Origin: Bacteroides sp.
Lineage (GTDB): Bacteria; Bacteroidota; Bacteroidia; Bacteroidales; Bacteroidaceae
Assembly: GCF_019417265.1 (NCBI RefSeq)
Contig: NZ_DXVR01000001.1
Location: 9,018 to 73,017 of the forward strand
Direction of reading: 5' to 3'
Length of the DNA: 64,000 nt
Positions 41,889 through 51,829 of this stretch are shown here, piece after piece. The position numbers were made by a program, and so were the translations under genes. The notes under the pieces are model-generated. The model saw nothing but the letters and a program-made list of their open reading frames with translations. It made no database searches and was not told the origin of the DNA. How positions within the stretch are numbered: position 1 is the stretch's first letter; every line of letters starts with the position of its first letter.

Positions 41889-43973
41889 ATGATTACTAAG
41901 TACAACAAATTCCTTTTACTATTAGCCTTTGGTTCTATATTATTCTCATCATGCAACGATGAAATGGAAATAGTAAATACTCCTGAAGATACAGAACAGG
42001 AAACTGAGAATACAGACAAAGACAAAACAGAGATTGTATATAAAACTCTCGTTATAACTGCATCTGCCAACGGTACGGCTACACGCACTTCGTACGAAGA
42101 AACAGGAAATACCATAAAGGCTTTCTGGTCTGAAGACGATTTTATATATGTAGGTTCACCTAATACCGGATTGACTGAAGAAGTAGATATTGATGCTGAG
42201 AACTCCGGGTTTACTAAGTTTACCATTAAATCCTTAAGTGAAGACAAGAAGACTGCTTCTTTCGAGGGGACAGTAGCTGTAGCACAGAATACAACAAAAA
42301 TTCTTGCGTTCTATGGAGATGCAAACTATATAAAAGTCAACAAGGAAGGAGTAAAACTTAACTTTGAAACTCAGAGTCAGAGTATCAATACACTGAACGA
42401 CATCGAAAAATATGAGTTGATGACTGCTTCAGCCGAATTATCAACTGATGAAACACAAAAGATATCCCTTGCATTCAATCATGAGAATGCAGTTTTCAAA
42501 CTAAATGTTGGAGCAGTAAGCAACGTAGAAAAGTTTGACGAACTTACAATAAGCTTTCCAGGCAATCAAGAACTGGGTTTCTACAGCAATGTTACTTTTA
42601 ATACAGACGGAACAAAAACTTTCGGTTCTCCGGTAAACAGCCTTAAAGTGAAACTTGGTGATGGTAAAGGTTCAGGAGCAGAGTTCAGCGCATATTGTCT
42701 GCTGCGCACTACTGAGATTTCCGCTGCAAGTAAGTTCAACATAAAAGCGATAGAAAGTAAAGCTTCCGGAGATTATACTTATTCATATAATCTTAAAGTA
42801 AGTTCTCCTATAATAGAAAACAAATTCTATTATACACCAGAACTAAATCTTGCCATTGATAATACTTCAGCAGGAGAAGGAACTGAAGTATCACCATACA
42901 TTATTGACAATGTAGAAAAGCTTAAAGGATTAAACAATGCTTCAGGCATATACTATCAGTTATCAAGAGATCTTGATTTTACAAATATAGCATTTACTCC
43001 AATTCCTACATTTAACGGTACTTTAGACGGTAATGGAAAAACTATTTCAAACTTGACTTTCACTGTAGGAGATGGCAACGGAGGTATTTTTACTGTAAAC
43101 AATGGTACTATTAAGAACTTGAATATAACTGATGCTACAGTAACAAAAAATGGTAGTTTAGATAATAATGGGGGAACAGGTATTCTTGTAGGTGTCAACA
43201 ATAATAAAATCTCTAACTGTATTATAAACAGTTCAGAATTAAGTGCAAGCCTTACGTCAATTGGGACTGACATTGGTATAGGGTTATTAGTCGGAACAAA
43301 CAACACAGGAAAAACAATATCAGAATGTACTGTTAACGCATCTGATCTATCCATAAGTGGTTCAAAGAAGTGCTATGCTGGTGGACTTGTTGGCTACAAT
43401 TTCACTGGAAATATTGAGTTTTCTTTTGTAAAATCAGCAACTAATATCACATACACATCAACAGAAGCTGAAGCTAACATAGGCGGACTAATCGGACGTA
43501 ATAAAGGAGGAACAATTAAAGGATGCAGTACAAATATTAATATTATCACAAATGAACCTGATGTAACATTAAAAATAGCAGGATTTATTGGTGATGCTTT
43601 CTATGGGGGAACAACGACTATCGAAGGATGCTATACTACAGGAAGCCTTACATTTAGGGAAAAACAAACTTATGGTGGTTTTACAGGAAGTTTAGGCGGA
43701 GGAGGAACAAAGACTTTAACAAACTGCTATACATCAATAGAATTTAATCCAAAAACAGACCATGCATTCAGTTCATCAAGCAACGCTGTAAAAGCCACAA
43801 ATTGTTATTTTATTAAAGGTTCTCAATCCACACCTATAACAAATGTTGAATCTGCTACTGCTAATGATCTAAAAGGCAAACTAGGTATATTCAACAACCT
43901 AAACTGGGATAACTACGAATTTGCAATCGGAGCAAACAATGACGAACCTCTGATTATCCAGAAAAAACAATAA
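41889..43973 (+). CDS. Lipoprotein B: fimbrillin (Mfa-like) N-terminal domain plus GLUG/beta-helix-like C-terminal region
   Basis: Lipobox FSSC; ATRT...FWSEDDFIYV fimbrillin-like signature; GEGTEVSPYII, FNGTLDGNG, AGGLVG/IGGLIG repeats. Confidence 0.78.
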   Translation: MITKYNKFLLLLAFGSILFSSCNDEMEIVNTPEDTEQETENTDKDKTEIVYKTLVITASANGTATRTSYEETGNTIKAFWSEDDFIYVGSPNTGLTEEVDIDAENSGFTKFTIKSLSEDKKTASFEGTVAVAQNTTKILAFYGDANYIKVNKEGVKLNFETQSQSINTLNDIEKYELMTASAELSTDETQKISLAFNHENAVFKLNVGAVSNVEKFDELTISFPGNQELGFYSNVTFNTDGTKTFGSPVNSLKVKLGDGKGSGAEFSAYCLLRTTEISAASKFNIKAIESKASGDYTYSYNLKVSSPIIENKFYYTPELNLAIDNTSAGEGTEVSPYIIDNVEKLKGLNNASGIYYQLSRDLDFTNIAFTPIPTFNGTLDGNGKTISNLTFTVGDGNGGIFTVNNGTIKNLNITDATVTKNGSLDNNGGTGILVGVNNNKISNCIINSSELSASLTSIGTDIGIGLLVGTNNTGKTISECTVNASDLSISGSKKCYAGGLVGYNFTGNIEFSFVKSATNITYTSTEAEANIGGLIGRNKGGTIKGCSTNINIITNEPDVTLKIAGFIGDAFYGGTTTIEGCYTTGSLTFREKQTYGGFTGSLGGGGTKTLTNCYTSIEFNPKTDHAFSSSSNAVKATNCYFIKGSQSTPITNVESATANDLKGKLGIFNNLNWDNYEFAIGANNDEPLIIQKKQ

Positions 43974-44005
43974 CCAATTTCTGATAATAAAATAAACTCA
44001 AGAAA

Positions 44006-44038
44006 AACTTCCTAAGCAAAAGTACTGCTTAGGAAGTT
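44006..44038. terminator. Stem-loop after lipoprotein B
   Basis: AACTTCCTAAGCA...TGCTTAGGAAGTT, a perfect 13-bp stem. Confidence 0.65.
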
Positions 44039-44134
44039 AATATAAAAACGATAAAAACATACTCTATTTCACTTTCATATCTTTCACAAACAAGACTATA
44101 ACTCATTAGGCCTAAACCCAATAAAAAAATCATC

Positions 44135-46141
44135 ATGATAAAGAAAACACTCACACTAATTATCACATGCATTTTCGGCATTTCATCTTTCGCCAGAAAC
44201 AATGTACCAAAAGTTATCCCCGCTCTACAAAGCTGGAAAGGACAGAGCGGAAAGTTTGTGCCTGAGAAGACCGGAACTATTGTTATAAGCAAGAAAGATT
44301 CCAGTCTGCTCATGCAAACGGCTGCAATCTTAGCCGACGACATGAAAGAAATGTTCGGATACGAATACACTGTATCCATAACCGGAAAAGCTAAGAAAGG
44401 TGATATTTCTTTATCATTGAACAAGAAAAAAGACCAGTTGGGCAGTGAAGGTTATGAATGTTCAATAGGTACGAAAATAGAAATAGAGGCTGAAACCACT
44501 AAAGGTGTTTTTTGGGGTACCAGAACTCTGCTGCAGATGATATATAACCAGCCCGACGGTCTTCAAAAGGGAAAAGCCACAGACTTTCCGAAATATCCTA
44601 ACCGCGGATTCATGATAGACGTGGCAAGAAAGTTCTTTACCTTAGACTTTCTGAAAGACTATGTGAAGATTCTTTCGTTCTACAAGATGAACGAGCTGCA
44701 AATCCATCTGAACGACAACGGATTTCTTGAATTTGCAGACAATGACTGGAACAAAGCGTATTCGGCTTTCCGTCTGGAGAGCGACAAATTTCCTGGACTG
44801 ACTGCAAAAGACGGCTCGTACACCAAAGAGGAGTTCCGCGAACTGCAGATTATGGCTCAACAGTACGGAATAAACATCATTCCGGAAATAGACGTTCCGG
44901 CACATTCTTTGGCGTTCACTCACTATAATCCGAAACTGGCTGCCGACAACAAGGAATACGGTGCAGACCATCTGGATCTCTACAAAAAGGAGGTTTATGA
45001 CTTTGCCGACTCCCTCTTTGACGAATATATTTCAGGAGAGAACCCGGTTTTCATAGGCCCTGAAGTACATATCGGTACAGACGAATATAACCTGAAAGAG
45101 GCAGAGCAGTTCCGCCGTTTCACAAACCACTACATCAGTCTGATAAAGAAATACGGCAAGACTCCGCGTCTTTGGGGTAGCCTTAGCAAGATGAAAGGCG
45201 AAACAGAGGTTAATCTTGACGGCTGCGTTGTCAGCGCATGGAACGCAAACTGGATGGATGTTAAAACATCGCTCGCTACAGGAGCCAAGGTGGTGAATCT
45301 CTGCGACTGGTTCCTCTACATAGTACCTCACGTGAACTATTACCACGATTTCCTGGAATATGAATGGCTGTACAACAACTGGAAACCGGAAATGATGAGA
45401 AAAGAGGAGAAAATAGAAACAGGAAATCCAAACTTCCTCGGTGCTATGCTTGCCGTATGGAACGACCGTGTAAGCAACGGAGTGAGCCAGCAGGATGTAC
45501 ACATACGCTGCTTCCCTGCAATACAGTTATTGTCTGACAAACTTTGGAAAGGCGAAAAACAGAAGGCTGTACCTTTCAAGGATTTCGAAGCTCTATGCAG
45601 CACTACTCCGGAAGCTCCGGGAGTAAATCTGATGGCAAAAGTCGAGAAACCGGGCAAACTTGTCAATGACGGAAAAGTCCTGTCGCTGAACGGTAACGAA
45701 ACTGTAACAAACAGTGTCAAGGAAATAGGCTATCCGTATGCAGTGGAATTTGAACTCCGTACAGACAGTGTTCCTGCCATAGATGCCATCCTGTTCAAAG
45801 GTCCACATTCTGAATTTATAGCCAACTGGCATAACACCGGTAAGTTTGCTTTCCGCCGCGACGGATATGAGTTCGTGTTCCACGACTACCGTATGCCTGC
45901 CGGAGAATGGACAAAGATACGCATAGAGGGCGATGTGAAAGGTACTACCCTATTCGTAAACGGAAAGAAAGCGGAAAGACTTGAAGGCCGCACACGCGAA
46001 GTCTATAACTTCAGACATAACAGGAAAGACCGTTTCTGGTATCTTGAAACTTTAATATTCCCATTGGAAACTATTGGCGACAAGTATATGGGCTTCAAAG
46101 GTGAAATAAAGAATGTTTCATACGGACACATCGAATATTAA
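44135..46141 (+). CDS. GH20 hexosaminidase / lacto-N-biosidase-like
   Basis: RGFMIDVARK, HLNDN, PEIDVPAHS, HIGTDEY, AVWND; C-terminal LamG-like region. Confidence 0.87.
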   Translation: MIKKTLTLIITCIFGISSFARNNVPKVIPALQSWKGQSGKFVPEKTGTIVISKKDSSLLMQTAAILADDMKEMFGYEYTVSITGKAKKGDISLSLNKKKDQLGSEGYECSIGTKIEIEAETTKGVFWGTRTLLQMIYNQPDGLQKGKATDFPKYPNRGFMIDVARKFFTLDFLKDYVKILSFYKMNELQIHLNDNGFLEFADNDWNKAYSAFRLESDKFPGLTAKDGSYTKEEFRELQIMAQQYGINIIPEIDVPAHSLAFTHYNPKLAADNKEYGADHLDLYKKEVYDFADSLFDEYISGENPVFIGPEVHIGTDEYNLKEAEQFRRFTNHYISLIKKYGKTPRLWGSLSKMKGETEVNLDGCVVSAWNANWMDVKTSLATGAKVVNLCDWFLYIVPHVNYYHDFLEYEWLYNNWKPEMMRKEEKIETGNPNFLGAMLAVWNDRVSNGVSQQDVHIRCFPAIQLLSDKLWKGEKQKAVPFKDFEALCSTTPEAPGVNLMAKVEKPGKLVNDGKVLSLNGNETVTNSVKEIGYPYAVEFELRTDSVPAIDAILFKGPHSEFIANWHNTGKFAFRRDGYEFVFHDYRMPAGEWTKIRIEGDVKGTTLFVNGKKAERLEGRTREVYNFRHNRKDRFWYLETLIFPLETIGDKYMGFKGEIKNVSYGHIEY

Positions 46142-46204
46142 TTTTACATTTGCGAAAACATTTAAAAGAACGAAAATAAACTTTTATAAAAATTCTTCGA
46201 CGCA

Positions 46205-46300
46205 GAAACCGTAACACGTACGTGTAACGCGTGAAACACGAACGTGTAACGCGCGAAACACGAACGTGACGCGGGCGGAACACGAACGTGTTACGGTTTC
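46205..46300. repeat. 96-bp element with perfect 15-bp terminal inverted repeats (copy 2)
   Basis: GAAACCGTAACACGT...ACGTGTTACGGTTTC enclosing four 22-bp units. Confidence 0.88.
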
Positions 46301-46336
46301 TTTTCCTATTCGTTTTCAAATAAAGAACAAATTATT

Positions 46337-47125
46337 ATGAACAGAATAAACGCATTATTGCTTATATTTGTTTGCCTACTTCCCATCCACAATGCTAACG
46401 CATGGAAGGAAAAGGACAGTTACAGGATGATATGGAAAGAGGATTTCAAGGGAAAATCTATTGATAATGATAAATGGTCCAAAATACCAAGAGGAAAATC
46501 GGACTGGAACAGATACATGTCATCGCATGAATCACTATACGAGATTAAAAATGGAAAACTGGTATTACACGGAGTTCTGAACGACGGTATAGAACCGAGC
46601 GACACTGCAAGATTCCTTACAGGAGGAGTATTTACCAAAGGTAAGTTCACTATGCGACATGGAAAAGTGGAAGTCAGAGCCAAACTGGAAGCCGCACAGG
46701 GAGCATGGCCTGCCATATGGATGTTGCCGGAAAAAGGTAAATGGCCGAATGCGGGAGAAATAGATATACTGGAAAGGCTTAACCACGATGATTTCGTGTA
46801 TCAGACTGTACACACCTATTACACTCACATTCTGAAAGAGAAAAGCAATCCGCAGCATTCGGGAAAAGCGGAAATCAATCCGGACGGATACAATGTTTAT
46901 GGTGTGGAGATTTTGCAGGACAAGATAGTATTCTCGGTGAACGGAAAAGTAACACACACTTATCCGAAAATTGAGACCGACAAGGAGGGACAATTCCCTT
47001 TCGGAACGCCATACTACATTCTGATAGACATGCAGATAGAAGGTGCATGGGTGGGCAAGGCAAATATAGAGGAACTGCCCGTCAAGATGATGATAGACTG
47101 GGTAAAGGTCTATGAAAAACTATAA
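46337..47125 (+). CDS. GH16 glycoside hydrolase (endo-beta-galactosidase / O-glycanase-like)
   Basis: Signal peptide; GAWPAIWML, GEIDILE (ExDxxE), MIDWVKVY. Specificity inferred from the PUL context. Confidence 0.88.
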   Translation: MNRINALLLIFVCLLPIHNANAWKEKDSYRMIWKEDFKGKSIDNDKWSKIPRGKSDWNRYMSSHESLYEIKNGKLVLHGVLNDGIEPSDTARFLTGGVFTKGKFTMRHGKVEVRAKLEAAQGAWPAIWMLPEKGKWPNAGEIDILERLNHDDFVYQTVHTYYTHILKEKSNPQHSGKAEINPDGYNVYGVEILQDKIVFSVNGKVTHTYPKIETDKEGQFPFGTPYYILIDMQIEGAWVGKANIEELPVKMMIDWVKVYEKL

Positions 47126-47126
47126 A

Positions 47127-47162
47127 AAAACGGAATGCATCCGCTGTGGTGCATTCCGTTTT
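47127..47162. terminator. Bidirectional intrinsic terminator
   Basis: AAAACGGAATGCA...TGCATTCCGTTTT between convergent genes. Confidence 0.8.
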
Positions 47163-47200
47163 CGTTCATACCGGAGATACTATCCGGATGATTCTGATTA

Positions 47201-48208
47201 TTAAATTTCCCAAGTATCGTTAGTGTCGAGAAGTTCGGCAAAATTATGATATTTCTTCTTTTCTGACACTTCCTTTATCTGGTCTTCAACTGCCTGTTCA
47301 TATGTAGGGGCCTCAACATCACGAATTACTCCTAAAGCTATAGGGAAGTCAGGGCCTTCCATAAGAGCAAGTTTGAGTTGCAATGTATTGTCCATACAGT
47401 GTGCATCGTGAACAAGGATATCTTTTTCAGTAATACCGTTCTCACCAAGTTTCACTACCTTCAGGCCAAAGCCTTCCTGCATAAGTCCGAACTCTTTGTC
47501 AAGACCGAACAGCATTGGTTTGCCATGTTCCAGATAGATAGCGTTGCGTTCACGGTCCTCTTTCTTGGCTATAGAGTTGTGAGTTCCGTCATTGAAGATT
47601 ACACAGTTCTGCAGCACCTCTACTACAGACGTTCCTTTATGCTTTTCGGCCGCTTTAAGCACTTCCACAGACGGATTGCCGTCTACTGCAGCACAACGTG
47701 CAAAGAAGCGTCCACGTGCCCCGAAACAAAGTTCTGCCGGACGGAACGGGTCTTCCACTGTTCCGTATGGAGATGACTTGCTGACAAATCCTCTTTCCGA
47801 TGTAGGTGAGTATTGTCCTTTAGTCAATCCGTAGATACGGTTGTTCAGAAGTATGATATTGATATCCACATTACGGCGGATGGCATGGATGAAGTGGTTA
47901 CCACCGATGGCAAGACCGTCGCCATCACCGGAGATTTGCCATACTGTCAGCTGAGGGTTGGCTACTTTCACACCTGTCGCTATTGCTGCAGCACGTCCGT
48001 GAATGGTGTGCATACCGTATGTGTTCATATAATAAGGCAGACGTGACGAACATCCGATACCTGATATTACGGCTATATCCTTAGGAACTGTTCCTATTTC
48101 TGCCAATGCTTTATGGAATGAATTCAAGAAAGCATGGTCGCCACATCCCGGACACCAGCGAGGCTGTCCTGCTTTATAATCGGCTGCTGTATATTTTGTT
48201 TCGCTCAT
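47201..48208 (-). CDS. korB: 2-oxoacid:ferredoxin oxidoreductase beta subunit
   Basis: WCPGCG, SGIGCS, GDGDGLAIGGNH, YGLTKGQYSPT. Confidence 0.92.
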   Translation of the reverse strand: MSETKYTAADYKAGQPRWCPGCGDHAFLNSFHKALAEIGTVPKDIAVISGIGCSSRLPYYMNTYGMHTIHGRAAAIATGVKVANPQLTVWQISGDGDGLAIGGNHFIHAIRRNVDINIILLNNRIYGLTKGQYSPTSERGFVSKSSPYGTVEDPFRPAELCFGARGRFFARCAAVDGNPSVEVLKAAEKHKGTSVVEVLQNCVIFNDGTHNSIAKKEDRERNAIYLEHGKPMLFGLDKEFGLMQEGFGLKVVKLGENGITEKDILVHDAHCMDNTLQLKLALMEGPDFPIALGVIRDVEAPTYEQAVEDQIKEVSEKKKYHNFAELLDTNDTWEI

Positions 48209-48211
48209 AGA

Positions 48212-50065
48212 TTATTCCTCCATTATTTTAGTGAAAGCGTCAACCAGTTCCTGTACTACGAAAGGCTGACCCTTTACCTGATTAAACTGATGTAAATGCA
48301 ATCCTTCTATCTTCATGCGCAGATAGCCTGCAAACTGTCCCATGTTCTGTTCCGCAACGACAATCTTCTTGTACTTGCGAAGCACTGCCTCAGTGTTCTT
48401 AGGAAGCGGATTGATGAAACGGAAGTGTGCAAGGGCAGCTTTCTTGCCATTGGCATTGAGTATATCCATGGCTGAATGAAGATGTCCGTATGTACCGCCG
48501 AAACCTACTATCAGAAGGTCTGCATCCTCTTCTCCTTCCACTTCGAGCAATGGCAGTGTATCGGCTATCTTGGCTACCTTCTCTGCACGGAGTTTTGTCA
48601 TCAGATGATGGTTTTCCGGTTCTGTAGATATAGCACCTGTTTCGCTGCTCTTCTCCAACCCACCGATACGGTGCATGAATCCTTCAGTGCCCGGCTTTGC
48701 CCAATAGCGTACACCTGTCTCATAATTGCGGAGGAACGGAGTCCAGTATGAAGCCATATCAGGAGTCACATATGGAGGATTGATGGATGGATATTCGTTC
48801 AAATCAGGCAATTTCCATGCTGCAGAACCGTTGGCAATATATGCATCTGTAAGAAGTACGACAGGAGTCATGTGCTCCAAAGCTATCTTGCAGGCTGTAT
48901 ATGCCGCATCGAAACAGTCTGTAGGTGATGATGCTGCTATCACCGGCATAGGGCTTTCACCGTTACGTCCGTAGAGTGCCTGAAGAAGGTCTGTCTGTTC
49001 TGATTTGGTAGGAAGACCTGTAGAAGGGCCTCCGCGCTGTACGTTCACAACGACCAAAGGCAACTCTGCAATTACAGCAAGGTTCATAGCCTCACTCTTA
49101 AGACAGACACCCGGACCTGAAGTGGAAGTTACAGCCAATGCTCCTGCAAATGCAGCTCCCACAGCCGAAGCACATCCTGCAATCTCATCCTCACACTGAA
49201 CGGTCTTTACTCCAAGCGATTTGTGTTTTGACAGTTCATGAAGTATGTCTGTAGCCGGAGTAATAGGATACGAACCGAGGTAGAGCTGCAATCCTGCTTT
49301 TTCTGCTGCTGCAATAAGTCCGTAGGATGTAGCCTTATTACCATTTATATCCATATAGCGTCCGTGGGCTTTCTGGTTCTTTGACGGGACTCTGTAACTC
49401 ATTGAAACAGATGCATGGGTATTTGCACCGAACTGATAACCGGCATAAAGCACCCGCACATTGGCCTCAGCTATTTCAGGTTTCTTGGCAAACTTCTCGC
49501 GCAGGATTTTCTCTCCTATCTTTACATCACGCTGGAAGAGCCAGCATACCAAGCCTAACGCAAACATATTCTTTGTACGGAGGATAGACTTGTTGTCCAG
49601 TCCGCTGTCTTTCAGACATTCCTTACACATGGTTGTGATGGATGCCTCTACCACCTCGTTCTTTATTCCAAGTTCAGAGAAAGGGTTTTCCAACTGGAAC
49701 TGAGCCTTCTCCAAATCGCGCTTTGTAAACGAATCTGTATCTATAATAATTACAGACTGTGGTTTGCAAAACTTATATTGTGTCTTCAGAGCAGCCGGAT
49801 TCATAGCTACCAGCACATCGCATTTATCACCCGGAGTATAAACCTTTCCGGAACCGATGTGCACCTGGAATCCTGACACTCCGGTAAGCGAACCTTGCGG
49901 AGCACGTATATCTGCAGGATAATCAGGGAAAGTACTGATGTCATTTCCCTCAGTAGCTGATATATTGGAAAACATATTTCCGGCCAACTGCATACCGTCG
50001 CCAGAGTCTCCTGAGAAGCGTACTACCACTTCATCAATCTCCTTGACTGTCATTTCTTCTGCCAT
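48212..50065 (-). CDS. korA: 2-oxoacid:ferredoxin oxidoreductase alpha subunit
   Basis: FSGDSGDGMQL, YPITPA, EDEIA, TSGPG, QRGGPSTGLPTK. Start at MAEEM. Confidence 0.92.
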   Translation of the reverse strand: MAEEMTVKEIDEVVVRFSGDSGDGMQLAGNMFSNISATEGNDISTFPDYPADIRAPQGSLTGVSGFQVHIGSGKVYTPGDKCDVLVAMNPAALKTQYKFCKPQSVIIIDTDSFTKRDLEKAQFQLENPFSELGIKNEVVEASITTMCKECLKDSGLDNKSILRTKNMFALGLVCWLFQRDVKIGEKILREKFAKKPEIAEANVRVLYAGYQFGANTHASVSMSYRVPSKNQKAHGRYMDINGNKATSYGLIAAAEKAGLQLYLGSYPITPATDILHELSKHKSLGVKTVQCEDEIAGCASAVGAAFAGALAVTSTSGPGVCLKSEAMNLAVIAELPLVVVNVQRGGPSTGLPTKSEQTDLLQALYGRNGESPMPVIAASSPTDCFDAAYTACKIALEHMTPVVLLTDAYIANGSAAWKLPDLNEYPSINPPYVTPDMASYWTPFLRNYETGVRYWAKPGTEGFMHRIGGLEKSSETGAISTEPENHHLMTKLRAEKVAKIADTLPLLEVEGEEDADLLIVGFGGTYGHLHSAMDILNANGKKAALAHFRFINPLPKNTEAVLRKYKKIVVAEQNMGQFAGYLRMKIEGLHLHQFNQVKGQPFVVQELVDAFTKIMEE

Positions 50066-50265
50066 AATGCTGCAATTTAAAATTTTCAAAAATATTATTG
50101 TCTACAAAAATGGAAAACTTCTTTCAAAAAAACAATAAAACTGCAATATTTTTCTACAAAACGTATAATCATACGTTTTTTTTCACATAAATTATTGCAT
50201 AATCACCAAAAAGATGTATTTTTGCAATGCATTTGCAAAACATTTGCAAAAGCTCGGTATTAACC

Positions 50266-50337
50266 GCCCTTGTAGTTCAACGGATAGAATAGAAGTTTCC
50301 TAAACTTTAGATAGGGGTTCGATTCCCCTCGGGGGTA
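50266..50337 (+). tRNA. tRNA-Arg (anticodon CCT)
   Basis: Cloverleaf: D-arm GTTC-AACGGATA-GAAT, anticodon arm GAAGT-TTCCTAA-ACTTT, T-arm AGGGG-TTCGATT-CCCCT; CCA not encoded. Confidence 0.92.
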
Positions 50338-50377
50338 CAAAAGAAAGTCCAATCAATGAATGCATTATATAATGCAT

Positions 50378-50431
50378 AAAAAAGAAGCACAAATAATACA
50401 TTGCGAAATGCATTACTCTGTGCTTCTTTTT
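50378..50431. terminator. Bidirectional terminator between the tRNA and kbl
   Basis: AAAAAGAAGCACA...TGTGCTTCTTTTT. Confidence 0.65.
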
Positions 50432-50441
50432 ATATGCAGTC

Positions 50442-51632
50442 TTATTTAATTACACCCAATTCCTTTCCTACTTTTATAAAGGCTGCTATAGCCTTGTCAA
50501 GATGTGCACGTTCGTGTCCGGCCGACAACTGTACACGTATGCGGGCCTGTCCTTTCGGAACTACCGGATAGTAGAATCCTGTAACGTATATTCCTTCTTC
50601 CTGCATACGGGCAGCAAAGTCCTGAGAAAGTTTTGCATCATACAGCATTACTGCACAGATGGCACTCTGAGTAGGTTTGATATCGAATCCTGCGGCAAGC
50701 ATATTGTCGCGGAAATAGTTTACGTTCTCCATCAGTTTATCATGTAGGCTGTCGCTCTCCTTAAGCATCTTGAACATTTCAAGGCTGGCACCGATAATGG
50801 CCGGAGCAACCGAATTGGAGAACAGATACGGACGCGAACGCTGGCGGAGCATATCTATAATTTCTTTTCTACCTGTAGTGAAACCACCCATGGCACCACC
50901 GAAGGCCTTACCAAGTGTTCCTGTGAAGATATCCACACGGCCGTAAACACCAAACTGCTCGGCTACACCGTGGCCGGTAGGGCCTACAACTCCGGCAGAG
51001 TGTGATTCGTCCACCATTACCAAGGCATCGTATTTCTCGGCAAGGTCGCATATCTTATCCATAGGAGCTACATTACCGTCCATAGAGAACACACCGTCAG
51101 TAGCAATAATACGGAATCTCTGAGCCTGTGCTTCCTGCAGACAGCGTTCCAAATCAGCCATATCGGCATTGGCATATCTATAGCGTTTAGCTTTACACAA
51201 ACGTACTCCGTCGATGATTGACGCATGATTCAGTGCATCAGATATGATAGCATCTTCTTCAGTAAGAAGAGGTTCGAACAATCCTCCGTTGGCATCGAAA
51301 CATGCAGCATACAGTATTGTATCTTCAGTCTTGAAATAATCTGAGATGGCAGCCTCAAGCTGTTTGTGCAAGTCCTGTGTTCCGCAGATAAAACGTACTG
51401 ACGACATTCCGTAGCCATGAGTGTCCATAGCGGCTTTGGCAGCTTCAATCAGGCGTTTATTGTCAGACAGTCCCAAATAGTTGTTGGCACAGAAGTTCAA
51501 CACATCTTCTCCTGCATTTACTTTGATATCCGCACGCTGTGGAGTAGTAATGATTCTCTCTTTTTTGTATAATCCGGCTGCTTCGATATTGGAAAGTTCT
51601 TCTGCCAGATAGTTCTGAAATTTTCCGTACAT
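50442..51632 (-). CDS. kbl: Glycine C-acetyltransferase (2-amino-3-ketobutyrate CoA ligase)
   Basis: NFCANNYLGL, SVRFICGT, DESH, GTLGKA PLP lysine, ARIRVQLSA. Confidence 0.96.
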   Translation of the reverse strand: MYGKFQNYLAEELSNIEAAGLYKKERIITTPQRADIKVNAGEDVLNFCANNYLGLSDNKRLIEAAKAAMDTHGYGMSSVRFICGTQDLHKQLEAAISDYFKTEDTILYAACFDANGGLFEPLLTEEDAIISDALNHASIIDGVRLCKAKRYRYANADMADLERCLQEAQAQRFRIIATDGVFSMDGNVAPMDKICDLAEKYDALVMVDESHSAGVVGPTGHGVAEQFGVYGRVDIFTGTLGKAFGGAMGGFTTGRKEIIDMLRQRSRPYLFSNSVAPAIIGASLEMFKMLKESDSLHDKLMENVNYFRDNMLAAGFDIKPTQSAICAVMLYDAKLSQDFAARMQEEGIYVTGFYYPVVPKGQARIRVQLSAGHERAHLDKAIAAFIKVGKELGVIK

Positions 51633-51829
51633 AGATATTCTTTTATGAGGTTAATAAATAATGTTTCTCAGATAAAAAGTTCCAATTAAGGTACAATGTA
51701 AATTGTATCAGGCCAAAGTTCTGATTTTTTTTTCGAAATTCAGTATTTATTACGCATATTTTTTTCATAATTATTTAAACTATAAATATCTTTGTATCAT
51801 GTGATGATTAACCATACAAAGATTTATTT

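Noticed and set aside
50266..50441. tRNA-Arg as an integration site for an island
   Set aside because: No integrase and no duplicated tRNA 3' end seen in the window; core genes lie on both sides. G-U pairs in the acceptor stem are not enough to call it a pseudo-tRNA.
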